Source: Antedon mediterranea (Eukaryota; Animalia; Echinodermata). Taken from it: a stretch of DNA of 64,000 bases. The DNA lies in the NCBI RefSeq assembly GCF_964355755.1, contig NC_092675.1, forward strand, positions 27,376,912-27,440,911, in the 5' to 3' direction. This document shows positions 62,790 to 64,000 of this stretch, in pieces; positions within the stretch are counted from its first letter, which is position 1; each line of letters opens with the position of its first letter. The notes under the pieces are model-generated. The model did not search any database, was not told where the DNA came from, and saw only the letters and a list, made by a program, of their open reading frames with translations. The position numbers were made by a program, and so were the translations under genes.

Positions 62790-64000
62790 CTGTAAAAGAA
62801 AAAAATTGTTCAAAATTCTATTTTGAAAAAATTCATTCATTCTGTTATAGGTGTACTGGATTCAAAAGTGAAGGTGAAAGAAATTTCATAATCTACATTA
62901 AATGAAATGCTATTCATTAAGCATTATACGGTATATTTTGGAATATACTGTATAATAGCCACAGACGATGGGAATATTTATATATACGGTATATTCTTTA
63001 TGAGACCCATTTCTGCTGCCAAAAAATATACGGTATATAAAATATACCGTATATATACGGTATATTTTTGGCAGCAGAAACGGGCCATGTATGGATCTCT
63101 AAAAAAAGAACTTATTCCTTAATTTTCAAATCAAATTATAGCAAATAAAGTATATTCTAATCATTCATTTTAGGAACAATTACATTTTTATAATAATATG
63201 TCCATCCATTTTTTCAACTTCCTTTTATAACCACAGGCTTTGTATATAATTGTTTTGTATAATTTATATAAATTTATATATATATAATTTATATAGATTT
63301 TTATTAATTCATTTTTAAAATGTTATCTAAGCATACAACATATATATACTACGTTCTCAAAATAATGTGTGAAACAGTGACTACTGTACATCTTATCCTT
63401 CTTTTTTTAATTTAAAAAATAAATAATCAAATAAAATCAAATGATCATTGCTAATAATTGATCAGAAAACTACAAGTATGTGTGAGAATTTCACTGTATG
63501 CACGTACTGTACGAAAGTACAATTTACAACATTTCTATTGTTTTTTTAAAATTTAGCATCGAAAATCTTACAATTGATTTAAGTGCATGTGATATTAACA
63601 ACATGATGCAACACCTTGTGCAATGTACTCAAAATGAAATTCTATGCATTGATTGGATGCTGAAAAATATAAATTTGGAAATCATTGTGAAACAACAAAA
63701 GAACAAGGGTGTGCTAACCAATGCTTACCGGTATTGTATCAGGAAACATTTAAAAAAAAAATACAAAAACAAAGGAAGAAAATACAGATTTAAAAACAAA
63801 GTAAAAAAACAAGGTAGCCTGAAAACATGCAAGTCTGTGTCTGCAGTAATTAGGTCTGTCAGCCTGAATTCTGTGCCAGGCTGCAGCCTATTGTGATTTG
63901 TAGCTACAAGCTTGAAATTATGTGCAAGTATGCATCCAGAAGACTATTCAAACCTGCAGCCATGTAGAATTCTATGCAAGGCTGCAGCAACATTATTTTG

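Noticed and set aside
63498-63896. 132-aa Lys-rich ORF
   Set aside because: A-rich low-complexity sequence with no recognisable domain, probably intronic or upstream of the minus-strand receptor

Overview
AT-rich, intron-containing animal (invertebrate-like) genomic DNA. The middle half is a deep stack of nested mobile elements. The key object is a 13.8-kb element (21312-35113) with Polinton/Maverick-type ends (5'-AGTAG...CTACT-3', perfect 6-bp target-site duplication CACCCC). The whole element is one near-perfect palindrome: two 6.87-kb arms folded around a 63-nt imperfect hairpin capped by a c(GAA)g triloop. I see no polymerase, integrase or capsid gene in it. Each arm carries a small Cys/His-motif ORF and a spliced gene fusing two PC4-like ssDNA-binding domains to an ALKBH2-like AlkB dioxygenase. 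The element inserted into a 181/190-bp satellite array that itself flips orientation at ~39865. The array also hosts a 3'-deleted L1/Tx1 LINE with two further nested DNA transposons, and all of this lies between the TIRs of a CCCAG-ended element (15634-47408, 2-bp TSD). On the right, the minus strand holds ten phase-compatible exons of an Ig-FN3-TM class I cytokine-receptor-like (gp130/domeless-like) gene. The left 15 kb is intergenic or intronic DNA with LINE fragments and MITEs. All family assignments come from reading motifs by eye; no searches were run.
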